A stretch of DNA of 64,000 nt from an uncultured Puniceicoccaceae bacterium (GCA_963933835.1 CAWVVV010000004.1:152782-216781); one strand, 5' to 3'. Shown: positions 20,501 to 29,789, counted from the first letter of the stretch. Notes: generated by a model from the sequence alone, not told the origin. Numbers and translations are program-made.

Positions 20501-21010
20501 AACCACCCGCATCCCGCGACCACCCCCACCAAAGGCCGCCTTGATGATGAGCGGGAAACCAATCTTCTTTGCGATCTTAAGGGCTTTGTTTGGATCGGCA
20601 ATAGGGTCCTGAGTGCCGGGCAAGGTCGGAACGTCCGCTTCATCAGCGATTTTACGCGCTTCGATTTTATCCCCCATCCGGCCAAGAAGATCCGAGCTGG
20701 GGCCGACAAAAGTGATTCCATTGTTTTCGCAAGCCCTGGCAAAGTCGGCATTCTCGGATAGGAAGCCGTACCCTGGGTGGATCAAATCAACCTGATGCGC
20801 TTTTGCGGTCGCGATGACACTATCAATGTCCAAATAAGCCGCTACTGGCCCCAGCCCCTCACCGATCAAATACGATTCGTCCGCTTTGAAGCGATGTACC
20901 CCGAAGCGATCTTCATTGGCGTAGATGGCGACCGTTCGGCAACCCATCTCGGTGGCACTACGGAAAATACGAACGGCTATTTCACTACGATTGGCGGCAA
21001 GGAGTTTCAC
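17576..21010 (-). CDS. pyc: Pyruvate carboxylase
   Basis: ANRSEIA biotin carboxylase start, RDAHQSLLA, WGGATFD, EAMKM biotinyl motif. Confidence 0.98.
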   Translation of the reverse strand: MKLLAANRSEIAVRIFRSATEMGCRTVAIYANEDRFGVHRFKADESYLIGEGLGPVAAYLDIDSVIATAKAHQVDLIHPGYGFLSENADFARACENNGITFVGPSSDLLGRMGDKIEARKIADEADVPTLPGTQDPIADPNKALKIAKKIGFPLIIKAAFGGGGRGMRVVKDPKDLKPFLEEAQGEAQRAFGNSAVFLERYVERAKHIEVQILGDKKGNVIHLHERDCSVQRRHQKVIEIAPSVGLPDDLRASLCEAAVKIAKSIGYYNAGTVEFLLDLDTHEWFFIEMNPRIQVEHTVTEVITGIDIVRSQLLIAQGHSLHGKEINIPKQSKIPRNGYAIQARITTEDPEKNFAPDYGKIVSYRSAAGFGIRLDGAMGDTGSVITPFYDSLLVKLTASAGSFELAIQRMDRALREMRIRGVKTNIPFIENVIAHPIFNSGNATTTLIDTTKGLLSFKPRRDRATKVLNLLGETIVNGNPQVKGRPEPIMDLPIIVPEFDREAKVPAGTKDYLTKNGPEKFAQWTRKQSRLLVTDTTMRDAHQSLLAARMRSFDQLKVAESIAQRGHNLYSVECWGGATFDTTMRFLHENPFKRLRRLRELIPNVCFQMLLRGANGVGYSNYPDNVIRGFIKHSAESGMDIFRVFDSLNYLPNLRVAMQSIREDTQSVCEATICYTGDILDETRDKYTLKYYLELAKELEKMGAHVLALKDMSGLCTPHAAYKLIKALRSEIGIPIHFHTHDSSGIAGASVIKAAEAGVDVVDLAISSMSGLTSQPNLNSVVNALKADKRDTQLDLKFFNELSIYWEAVRQYYGPFDTSPKFGSAEVYTHEMPGGQYTNLREQARSLGLGARWPEVVRYYHEVNVLLGDIVKVTPSSKVVGDLSMFLLTKGVEPSDLVNLEPGTAFPESVVDMLSGGLGQPKGGWPKPVQKVVLGDRKPFKGRPGTRAEKVDLVETRATLEKKFKREMNDDDLYSYLMYPKVFEDLVNFVNKFGAARILPTPAFFYGLKPGEEISVEIQRGKTLIVKLIYVSEPNEDGERSLTFELNGLARECVILDRSIKSESKRRAKADPANRLEVGAPIPAMVSSVFVTVGHQVKKNEKLAVLEAMKMQTTVYALEAGVVDLIEVAPGDQVDSKDLLVRLR

Positions 21011-21109
21011 AATAGGTTATGGATAGGCGGGTATGAAGGGATGCAAACTGAATGCTATCGAATAGAATTTTCCAATCCAGTCCAAGTCAACGAACATCAC
21101 TATCTGCAG

Positions 21110-21540
21110 GACTGGAACCACTGTATGCACAGAAGCTCATGCCGAGACAGAGGGAAAGAGACAGAGGGAAAAATAGCTACTGTAAAGTTTAACCACGAAT
21201 GACACGAATGAGGTTAGAAGTCTCAAAAGCTCATTGCTCAGAATTGTTCACCACAGAGGCACAGAGGAACACGGGTGAAAGACTGTAACTGTAAAGTTAA
21301 CCACGGATGGACACAGCTAAACACGGATCTGATCAACTGAATATCTGTCCACGAATTAACACGAATCAGGTTCAATAGTTACAAAATCTTAAACCACAAA
21401 AAAAATAGAGCATACGTATCAGTGTTTATTTGTGCCTATTCGTGGACAACACTTACAGAGCCTAAGCTCCGTGCTCTCTGTGTCCTCTGTGGTAAAAAGT
21501 CTTACAGAGCCTAAGTCATCCGTGTCCATCCGTATCTACT
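21110..21540. repeat. Modular inverted-repeat element B
   Basis: Shares an identical 36-nt block (21224-21259) with A (17152-17187); CCACGAAT, CCACAGAG and CCACGGAT modules followed by their reverse complements. Confidence 0.85.
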
Positions 21541-21722
21541 TCCTGATGCTTCACTTGGCAGTCGTATAGAATGTAGGAGTCGCGGTGGGTGGCGTAGGTT
21601 TTGGTTATATCCACAATATTTCGGGATGCTAATCTCTGCCTCGTCTCTTTGCGATTTTGGAAGAGTTGGTTTGATCAAGTCTCATAAATACGCATTACTT
21701 TTGGGGTTAACCTGAGAAATTA

Positions 21723-22106
21723 ATGCACAGTATATTGAGCACGTTCCTACTTTTGGGCGCACTCTCGATCAGTTCCCTGAGCGCAGCCCGTAGTCATCCG
21801 GAAAAGTATTACCAAGAGTCTTACGCTGATAAGATTGGGGGAGAAACAGAGGTTCGCGCCGCTGATGGAACCCGCGTCGATATCTTAACGGATGTGCATG
21901 CGATTGAAGTAGACTTTGGTGACAAGTGGGCAGAGGCCGTTGGGCAAAGCCTCTACTACGCTTTTCAATTCAATCGAAAGGCTGGGATCGTTCTCATCCT
22001 TGAGGATGCATCGGATTACAAATACCTCATTCGCCTCAACTCCGTGATCGAGCAGTTCGATCTCCCGATCGATGTCTTAGAAATCACGAACTACGACGAA
22101 GAGTAA
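21723..22106 (+). CDS. Small protein with N-terminal signal-like segment and PD-(D/E)XK-like motifs
   Basis: EKYY..ETEV..RVDIL..AIEVD..KWAEAVGQSLYY..AGIVL. Confidence 0.65.
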   Translation: MHSILSTFLLLGALSISSLSAARSHPEKYYQESYADKIGGETEVRAADGTRVDILTDVHAIEVDFGDKWAEAVGQSLYYAFQFNRKAGIVLILEDASDYKYLIRLNSVIEQFDLPIDVLEITNYDEE

Positions 22107-22124
22107 ACGTCCGCGCTAAGAATA

Positions 22125-22320
22125 ACTGAAGCACAGTTTAACCATGCATTCGAGAAGCTCATGCCGGGACAGATGAAAAGACTTCAACTGAAATATCTGT
22201 CCACGAATTAGCACGAATCAGGTTCAATGGTTACAAAATCTTTAACCACAAAAAGAAATAGAGCATACGTATCAGTGTATATTTGTGCCTATTCGTGGAC
22301 AACACTTACAGAGCCTAAGA
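22125..22320. repeat. Modular inverted-repeat element C
   Basis: 22184-22319 is a near-identical direct repeat of 21333-21466; internal IR TGTCCACGAAT / ATTCGTGGACA. Confidence 0.88.
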
Positions 22321-22321
22321 G

Positions 22322-23026
22322 CTATCCACATTCATCCTTGGATACATCATCACTCTTCACCCGGCAGTAGTAGATCATGTAGGTATCGCGGCGGGCTGCG
22401 CCGTAGGCTTTGGTCGGGACAGCGTCGTAGATGAGGTCGGAATTTTGGAGGCGTTGCTCGAATTCTTTGTCGCGGCTCGCTGACCAGAAAGCGACGATTC
22501 CACCTGGAGCGAGGACCTCTTTGATCAGGGCAAGACCCGCTGGGGAATAGAGTCGCTGGTTCCCTGCCTGAACCATCGCAGTGGGGCCATTGTCGATATC
22601 GAGAAGAATCCCGTCGTAGCCGTCGGGTGTCGCCTTTGAGAGAAGATCGATGACGTCGCAGGTGTGCATGATGACGCGGGGGTCGTCGAGGAGAGCTCCG
22701 TTGAGCTCGCGAAGATGGGTGCGGTTCCATTCGACAACGGCAGGGAGCAGCTCCGCGACCGTGACGCTACCGATTGCGGGCAGGTCTTTCAGGAGGGCTT
22801 TGAGGGTATACCCAAGCCCGAGTCCACCGACGAGATAGCGCGGCGCTGTAGTCTCTGTGATTTGTGAGGCCACCTTCACCCCCATCTCATACTCTGAGTA
22901 GGTGGAGAAGGAATGCATCAATTCCCGTCCTTCGAGGAGAATCTTGTATTGGCCATCGTGGGCGTAGAGCGTGAGGCTCCCGCCATCGGGTGTGGTCGCT
23001 TCGGCCAGTTGTATCCGCGGTTTCAT
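22322..23026 (-). CDS. Spermidine synthase-like class I SAM-dependent transferase
   Basis: LVGGLGLGYT, VAELLP, ILLDIDNGP. Confidence 0.85.
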   Translation of the reverse strand: MKPRIQLAEATTPDGGSLTLYAHDGQYKILLEGRELMHSFSTYSEYEMGVKVASQITETTAPRYLVGGLGLGYTLKALLKDLPAIGSVTVAELLPAVVEWNRTHLRELNGALLDDPRVIMHTCDVIDLLSKATPDGYDGILLDIDNGPTAMVQAGNQRLYSPAGLALIKEVLAPGGIVAFWSASRDKEFEQRLQNSDLIYDAVPTKAYGAARRDTYMIYYCRVKSDDVSKDECG

Positions 23027-23082
23027 ACGTATAGGTGAGTCGCGTTAACCCAGTGAAGCGACGTAAATCGATGAGGAAATCT

Positions 23083-23657
23083 AACAACTGCAGCGTTTGT
23101 CCACGAATAGACACGAATCTGATTGCTCGGAATAATATCTCACAGAGGCACTGAGACACAGAGGAAGGCTTAAACTGCAAAAATAACCACGGATCTGGTT
23201 CAAGGCTTGAAATTCTTTAACCACAAAACGCTCAAAAGCTCGTTGCTCTGGATTGTTCACCACAGAGGCACAGAGGAAAGATTAGAACAGCAAAATCAAC
23301 CCCCTCGAGCAACAAGCATTCGTGGACATTCGTGGACAACCCTTACAGAACCTAAGCCCTCCGTGTCCTCTGTATCCTCTGTGGTGAACAAAACCATTAC
23401 AGAGCGAAAGTCTTTTGTGCCCTTCTTGTGCCTTCTGTGGTTCCAATCCATACAGAGCCAAAGCATCCGTAGTAATTCGTGTCCATTAGTGGACCCTTCT
23501 TACAGATCCATAGTCATCCATAGTAATAAAATCATCTCTTAAATCTCCGTGCTCTCCGTGTCTCTCCAGGCATGAGCCTGCCGAATGCGCTCATCCGTGG
23601 TCAAAAGAACAGAGCCAAAGCTTTCGCACACATTCGTGTCCATTCGCGGTAAACCTT
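23083..23657. repeat. Modular inverted-repeat element D
   Basis: Same modules; 36-nt block at 23233-23268 with 3 mismatches; GGCATGAGCCTGCCGAATG at 23569-23587. Confidence 0.85.
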
Positions 23658-23753
23658 CATGAGTCCTGTCTTGATCCTGTGCTCATCGTCGTCAGAGTGA
23701 GCGGCGTCTCATGATTCTGATTCTCCGACGCATCCCTTTTCCTTCCACCCGAC

Positions 23754-24035
23754 TCACTCCATCTCCTCGACCGCTTTTTCAACGGCGTCCTCGTAGCCAG
23801 CGTTAATGCGGATGAAGAGTTCTTGGAGGCCTTTAGCTGACTGCATGACGGCTTTGATCCCACCGGGCTGGCGACGTTGAATTTTGACTGACCCGGTGCG
23901 GTTCGTCCGACCAAGGGATTTCCCGCCGTAGGAGCGCCCGATGATCGTGCCGACGACGCCTTCGAGGGCCTCGATCTTTTTCAAGACCACGAGGCATTCC
24001 TTGGAAGTGCTTTGATGTCGACCGCGCAAAGGCAT
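23754..24035 (-). CDS. DUF2103-like small protein
   Basis: HQST..IIGR..KIQR..GIK..QELFI pattern. Confidence 0.6.
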   Translation of the reverse strand: MPLRGRHQSTSKECLVVLKKIEALEGVVGTIIGRSYGGKSLGRTNRTGSVKIQRRQPGGIKAVMQSAKGLQELFIRINAGYEDAVEKAVEEME

Positions 24036-24104
24036 GAGCGCTTAGAGGACCCTCACTCCTCAGGAGAGGCAAACACGAAAGCTCGCAGCGCATCATATGG
24101 ACTG

Positions 24105-24525
24105 GAATGTTAACCACAAATACATGCATTCGACAGGCTCATGCCAGGACGGACCTGATCATCTGTTGAAAAACTTCACCACGAATGGACACGAATTAGC
24201 ACGAATCTGCTCAACAGAAAGAGTGATCTAACCAAAAAAGCACAAACACCTTGGCTCAGTGATATTCACCACAGAGGGCACAGAGGAAAACGGAGAACAG
24301 TTAAGGACTGATTGCATCCTGTTCATCCTGTCAGAAAAACAGAGACTAAGCATTCGTGCTATTCGTGGTTAAACCTTACAGAGCGATAAACCAGTTCATT
24401 GGTTTTCAGTTAAACAGTTTTCAGACCCCCAAGCCCCTCCGCCTGACAGAGCCTAAGCATTCGCGAACATTCGTGTTCATTCTCGGTAAACCCAACAGAG
24501 CCTAAACCGTCATCCGCGTCTATAT
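24105..24525. repeat. Modular inverted-repeat element E
   Basis: CATTCGACAGGCTCATGCCA at 24127-24146; CCACGAATGGACACGAATTAGCACGAAT; GTGGTTAAACCTTACAGAG. Confidence 0.85.
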
Positions 24526-24546
24526 ATTGTTCTACAAATGCTCTAT

Positions 24547-25206
24547 CTAAAAGCCATCATAGCTTTGGGCTTGGAGCGCGAACTTTTGGAGCTCACTGAC
24601 GGTTTCTCTAACGGCTTCGCCGATGGAATCATGCTGAGTAATATCCGAAATCCGGGCCTTTGTCTGCTCGAGCTCGGCGTGACTGAACATGAGGTTACCC
24701 AGCTCACAGACGTCGACGAGGGCGATGAGGACGGATTCTTCACGCGTGGGCTTACTCGACGCGTCGAGGATGATACGTCGCAGTCGTTTGAGCACGGCAA
24801 GCTCTTCTGAGAGGTCAAGGGTCTCATAATGTTGCGAGTGGAATACCCAGAGGATGTCCTCATCATCCTTACGTAGAATCTTGTGATAAACGAGACGATC
24901 AAGGATCTGCCTTCGAAACCGATCCGCATTTGCAGCGAGGTGCGTGATCAAGTTCTGGAGACTGGGTCGCACCATACCGCACAGGTTTGAAAGGGCCTCG
25001 AGGAGTTCCTCTTCTTCTGGTGGGTTCACGCCCGGCGCGATATCGATCTCGTTAACCCCAAGTGAGATCAGTTCATGGTGTATAAGCTCGGCGATGAGGG
25101 CCCCTGCGAGGGCATGATCAAAAGCCTGTTCGGGCATCTTGCGAAACTTGACCGTCTGATCATCAAGGCCGAGGAGTATAAGAGATTCTGTGACGTTTAG
25201 CTTTAT
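24547..25206 (-). CDS. GOLPH3/Vps74 (GPP34) family protein
   Basis: Frame extends upstream of the tracked ORF as LNVTESLILLGLDD; ALAGALIAEL, LV..KIL motifs; start codon uncertain. Confidence 0.75.
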   Translation of the reverse strand: MKLNVTESLILLGLDDQTVKFRKMPEQAFDHALAGALIAELIHHELISLGVNEIDIAPGVNPPEEEELLEALSNLCGMVRPSLQNLITHLAANADRFRRQILDRLVYHKILRKDDEDILWVFHSQHYETLDLSEELAVLKRLRRIILDASSKPTREESVLIALVDVCELGNLMFSHAELEQTKARISDITQHDSIGEAVRETVSELQKFALQAQSYDGF

Positions 25207-25351
25207 TCTTTACAATGGCTAAAGCTGAGCTTCACGGCAAGTCATATGATCCCTTAGATTACGCTATTAGAGCCCCTATAGTCTACTATTCGAATAGTTT
25301 ATTCCTGACTCTATTGATCACCTCTAATGAAGGCGTTCCAAAAACCTCTCG

Positions 25352-26181
25352 CTAACCCTCACGCTGCACTTGGCGGATAAGATTCTCGATGTATCCATTA
25401 TCACCTGACAACACATGGTTCTCTTTGATCTCCCATGGGCGCCCCGTCATGTCCATCAGGCGTTCATAAATCTTTCTTTTGACTCGTTTCCAGCTGGCTT
25501 TGGTCGTTTCGGTTTTTTGACGTTTAAGAATCATACGTCTACCCGGGTGGCTAAAAAGGGTTCAGGCGGAAGGTGCGGGACGACGTCTTTTTCATTCATG
25601 ACTCGATGGTGAGGGCCCTTGCCCTGTGTCATCATCTCATGATCAAGAGCGGTCGCGAGGGCGTCATCTCCGGGTCGTGGACTGGCGAAAGTATAGATTC
25701 CATAGACAGTGTATCCGGCCTCAAACATCATCGCAGCGTAGAGGGAACATAAGGCACCTCCGAGACTGTGACCCGTAACCCAAATGCGCTGCTCGTTGTC
25801 GTTCATATGATCGATACTGTTGGTTACTTGAATGACCGAAGGAAAGAGTGCGTCCTGAAAGCCTTCGTGCGTTTTCGTGAGCGGGCCTGGGTCATGGACA
25901 GCTTGGAAATTGGCAAACCAGTCATTGACGTCATCTGAACCTCTAAAGACGACAACGATGTCCTGCTCATTGCCAGCAATGAAGCACTGCGTATCAATGT
26001 CTTTAGCCTTACGCACGTTAATGAAGTCGCAGCTGTCGAAGCCGAGCTGTTTTGCCCCGGCTTTTATGGCAGAGCCATTTCTATACGCTAGGTCGCAGAG
26101 GACGGCCATGGACAGAGCTGTTTTTGCGTCATAGCGCTTTGTGCGCCTGAGGCCTGTATAGTGTTCCAAATATTCGCTCAT
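25352..26181 (-). CDS. Class 3 lipase, frameshifted near 25555
   Basis: VFRGS, HEGF, TGHSLGGA, DVVPHLP; adding one T gives PFFSHPGRR and joins the frame ending ..ENHVL..YIENL. Confidence 0.85.
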
Positions 26182-26403
26182 GATGAATTCCAGTTTGAAG
26201 TGGGACGGCCTGGGAGCCATTGGCGGCTAGGCGCATTCATAGAGAACAATCCCTCCCAATATGTCTACGCTTATATGGTTAGTTCTGCTCAGAAAACCGG
26301 TCTGCACGACAACGCGGCTAGTCTTGGAGTTAACTCGCTGAGGAGCAAAAAAGACTTAGCGACGCGCCTTGCGCCGAGCGCAGAATGGCTCAAGCCTTCG
26401 GTC

Positions 26404-27054
26404 ATGAAAATCAAGACGGCACGTTTTCAGACCAGTGTTGCGGCGTATGATGAGTGTCCCAAGGCCTCGCGGCCGGAGTTCGCTTTCGTCGGTCGGTCGA
26501 ATGTGGGGAAGTCCTCCCTGATCAACATGCTGACAAACAAGAAGGAGCTCGCGAAAACATCGGGGGTGCCGGGTAAAACACAGCAGATAAATTTCTTCGA
26601 TATCGACGCTCGCTGGCATCTCGTCGATTTGCCGGGCTACGGCTTTGCGAAGGTCTCGAAGGCACAGCAGGAGCAGTTCAATATCCATGTGAGCGCCTAC
26701 CTGACGCAGCGCGAAACGCTCAATCAAGTCTTCGCCCTCGTCGATTCCCGGATTGAACCACAAAAGAACGATTACGAATTCATCGCATGGCTGGAAGAAT
26801 GCGAAGTCCCCTACTCGATTGTTTTCACGAAGACGGACAAGAGCTCGGAAGGTCAGGTACAGCACCACATCGGGCTCTTCCAAGAGGGGCTAAAGGAGCG
26901 AAATCTAGAACCCACGATGACTTTTAAGTGCTCGGCTAAAACTGATCGCGGCCGCGGCCCAATCCTCAACTTCATCGAAGGCAAGCTACCGAAGAAGCCT
27001 AAGGCTTCGAAGTCTGTGCCAACGATGAACCTGTCATGGATGAAGAAGAAATAG
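26404..27054 (+). CDS. engB: Ribosome biogenesis GTPase EngB/YihA
   Basis: GRSNVGKSS, DLPGYG, TKTDK. Confidence 0.95.
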   Translation: MKIKTARFQTSVAAYDECPKASRPEFAFVGRSNVGKSSLINMLTNKKELAKTSGVPGKTQQINFFDIDARWHLVDLPGYGFAKVSKAQQEQFNIHVSAYLTQRETLNQVFALVDSRIEPQKNDYEFIAWLEECEVPYSIVFTKTDKSSEGQVQHHIGLFQEGLKERNLEPTMTFKCSAKTDRGRGPILNFIEGKLPKKPKASKSVPTMNLSWMKKK

Positions 27055-27079
27055 GCGTCATTTTTACCTGCGTGCGTTT

Positions 27080-28291
27080 ATGAGTGATCCAACGAAAACG
27101 ACCCGTCTCCGCATCGACCTATTTCCGCGGGCGATCAAGGCGATCCGAAGTGGTCACCCATGGATCTACCGGGATAGCATCAAAAGCCAAAACCGCGACG
27201 GCGATATTGGCGAATTGGCGATCATGTATGACAGCAAGAATCGCTTTCTTGCGGTGGGGCTCTACGACCCCAGCTCACCCTTTCGCGTCCGCATTCTCCA
27301 CCATGGCAAAGCGGCTACGATCAATCGAGAATGGTGGCTGGAGAAGGCAACGGCCTGTCGTGAGTTGCGTGACAAAGAAGTCTTCAGCTCTGAAACGAAT
27401 GGCGCCCGCTGCATCAACGGCGAAAGCGAAGGCTTTCCTGGCATCGTGGTTGATCGCTATGCAGATACGCTCGTGGTTAAGCTCTATTCTGCCTCATGGC
27501 TGCCACATTGGGAAGAGATCGAGTCCGTTTTTCGTGAAGTCTTTGCGCCGCGTTTTCTCGTTCTGCGTCTGAGCCGAAACATTCAGCCAATTGCGGCAAA
27601 GCGATGGAAACTCAAAGAAGGCTTTTGTGGTGATGCGGGCGAGGACATGGTTATCTTTAAAGAAAACGCCCTTTGCTTCGAAGCCGCTGTCCGCGAAGGC
27701 CAGAAGACAGGATTTTTCCTCGATCAACGCGATAATCGAGCCCGTGTCGAGAAACTGAGTAAAGGTCGTGCAGTGCTGAATGTCTTTAGCTTCTCCGGTG
27801 GGTTCTCACTCTACGCCGCTCGAGGGGGCGCAAAAAGCGTGACTGATCTCGACATTAGCGCGCACGCTTTAGCAAGTGCGAAGCGGAACTTCGCGCTCAA
27901 CGCCGCCGAGGCGCCCATCTCGAATGCTTCCTATGAACAAGTGCAGGCAGATGCCTTCGCTTGGATCGAAACAGCAGAGGAAAAATTCGATCTCATCATT
28001 CTCGATCCCCCTTCGCTCGCAAAACGTGAAAAAGAACGGGAGCGCGCCATCCAAGCTTACAAGGGCTTGAACAAGCGAGCCATGCAGATGCTTCACCCAG
28101 GCGGCATCCTCGTCACAGCCTCATGCTCAGCGCATGTTAGCGCAAAGGAGTTCCTCCTTCTTGTCCGTCAATCAGGCAACAACAGCGGACGCAGATGGAA
28201 AGAAAAGTGGACGAGCGGACACGCAGTGGACCATCCGGCGGGCTTTCCTGAAGCGCAGTATCTGAAAGCGATCTGCATGGAGTTCAGTTAG
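27080..28291 (+). CDS. rlmI: 23S rRNA m5C1962 methyltransferase-like (RlmI family)
   Basis: GHPWI PUA domain, GQKTGFFLDQR, ILDPP, YLK. Confidence 0.85.
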   Translation: MSDPTKTTRLRIDLFPRAIKAIRSGHPWIYRDSIKSQNRDGDIGELAIMYDSKNRFLAVGLYDPSSPFRVRILHHGKAATINREWWLEKATACRELRDKEVFSSETNGARCINGESEGFPGIVVDRYADTLVVKLYSASWLPHWEEIESVFREVFAPRFLVLRLSRNIQPIAAKRWKLKEGFCGDAGEDMVIFKENALCFEAAVREGQKTGFFLDQRDNRARVEKLSKGRAVLNVFSFSGGFSLYAARGGAKSVTDLDISAHALASAKRNFALNAAEAPISNASYEQVQADAFAWIETAEEKFDLIILDPPSLAKREKERERAIQAYKGLNKRAMQMLHPGGILVTASCSAHVSAKEFLLLVRQSGNNSGRRWKEKWTSGHAVDHPAGFPEAQYLKAICMEFS

Positions 28292-28351
28292 AGGGTAAGG
28301 TGCCCCTGAATCTCATTGCACTACCCTAGCTAAAACGATCAATCTAAGTTC

Positions 28352-28946
28352 ATGTTTGGTCACGCTATGCTCTCTCAGCGTATTGCCCTCCTCACTGCAA
28401 TTTCCCTACTTTACCTAGCTAACTTCCCACTCCGAGCAATCGACAAAGTTCGAGTCGAGACCCGGGTGGATGAGGCAATTGAGGCTTTTGATGTCGATGG
28501 AGAAGGCGTTATTGTCGCCCTCCTAGACCGCGGCATAGGTTGGCAAATAATGACATCCGGAATGAGGATGGCACGACGCGGATTAAATACATTTTCGACC
28601 TCAGTGACGCTACGGGCGCAAATGCCGCAGAGAACCCCTATGGTGCTGGCACGATATACACAGAAGACCAAATCAACGCGGCACTGAATTCTGGGAATCT
28701 CCTAGCCCACCGCGACGCGGTTGGCCATGGAACGACGACTGCGGGCATCCCAACGGGCAATGGGCGAACCTCGAGCAATCGCAAATACCGTGGCATTGCA
28801 CCCAAGGCATCCATTATCGCAGTTAAAGTCACCTCTGATGGAGCTCCGGCTCACGACAACCAACCTGCTGAAGCATCGTTCTTCAACTCCGCATTCATAC
28901 CCATCGCGATTCAGTTCGTCGCAGATAAGGCCGCAGAATTAGGAAG
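28352..28946 (+). pseudogene. Truncated, frameshifted S8 (subtilisin-like) peptidase
   Basis: Signal peptide, GEGVIVALLDRG (Asp), GHGT (His), GIAPKA; shift near 28544; no catalytic Ser region before the cvfB stop. Confidence 0.8.
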
Positions 28947-29789
28947 TTACTTCGAGAGGCGAATGCCGCCTTCTTTTGGGAACTCAATTTTGCGTTCCTT
29001 GTAGAGCGTAGAAAGCGTTCGCTTGAAAACCTTTTTGCTCACGTTGAAAGCTTTGCGAATGAGCTCTGGTGAGCTCGAATCGTCGTAGGGAAGATCCCCG
29101 TCCTGCTCCTTCAGCGCAGCGAGGATGCTTTCACTCAAGCCACGGATCGGCGGCGGCCCAGAGGGATCGAGACTTAAGTCGATCTTCCCATCCGGACGCA
29201 CAGTACGAACGTATCCATTAATCACTTCACCAACTTTGAGGCTCGTCCCAAGATCGCTATGATAGACGAGCCCACTGTAGCGCTCTTCGACAATCGCATT
29301 GTAGCCGAGTGGCGTCCGATGCGTGATGAGGAACTTCACTGGCTGTGAGTCGGTGTAGTGTGGCCGCCCTTCGGATAGGAAGCGCTGCCACTTCGTCGTC
29401 GCTACGATGCGCTGAGTGAGGGTGTCGAGTTTGACATAGACGACAACACATTCTCCCACCTCGACAAGGACTTCACCCTGCTCACGATAAGGCAAAAGTA
29501 GATCTTTCCCAAGACCCCAGTCTAGAAATGCACCAATCTGCTCATGCACATCGACCACGGTCAGAGCAGCAAATTGACCCACGACGGCGTGCGGACGCTC
29601 GGTCGTCGCGATGAGACGATCTTCCGAATCATTATAGAGAAAGACCTCAAGGTCATCGTCTTCAATTGTGCCCTGTGGAGCCAGTTTACCAGGAAGCAAA
29701 ATATCCCCGAGATCCTCCCCATCGAGGTAAAAGCCACTCCCTGTTTCCCGCAAAACTGTGAGGATATTATACTTACCTATCTCCGCCAT
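28947..29789 (-). CDS. cvfB: S1-domain RNA-binding protein CvfB/YitL
   Basis: GAFLDWGLGKDLL, R.DGKIDLSL, SKKVFKR. Confidence 0.9.
   Translation of the reverse strand: MAEIGKYNILTVLRETGSGFYLDGEDLGDILLPGKLAPQGTIEDDDLEVFLYNDSEDRLIATTERPHAVVGQFAALTVVDVHEQIGAFLDWGLGKDLLLPYREQGEVLVEVGECVVVYVKLDTLTQRIVATTKWQRFLSEGRPHYTDSQPVKFLITHRTPLGYNAIVEERYSGLVYHSDLGTSLKVGEVINGYVRTVRPDGKIDLSLDPSGPPPIRGLSESILAALKEQDGDLPYDDSSSPELIRKAFNVSKKVFKRTLSTLYKERKIEFPKEGGIRLSK

Noticed and set aside
23207..23542. 111-aa ORF (also 17452-17739 and 22887-23180)
   Set aside because: These are translations of repeat modules (SVSSVSSVV, HRGTE) with no protein-like signal.
17060..24525. CRISPR array interpretation of the repeats
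   Set aside because: The linkers are degenerate and irregularly spaced, the spacers recur and are self-complementary, and there are no cas genes.
16806..25206. Integron cassette array
   Set aside because: No integrase, genes in mixed orientation including housekeeping pyc, and the elements are much longer than attC sites with no consistent RYYYAAC/GTTRRRY ends that I could see.
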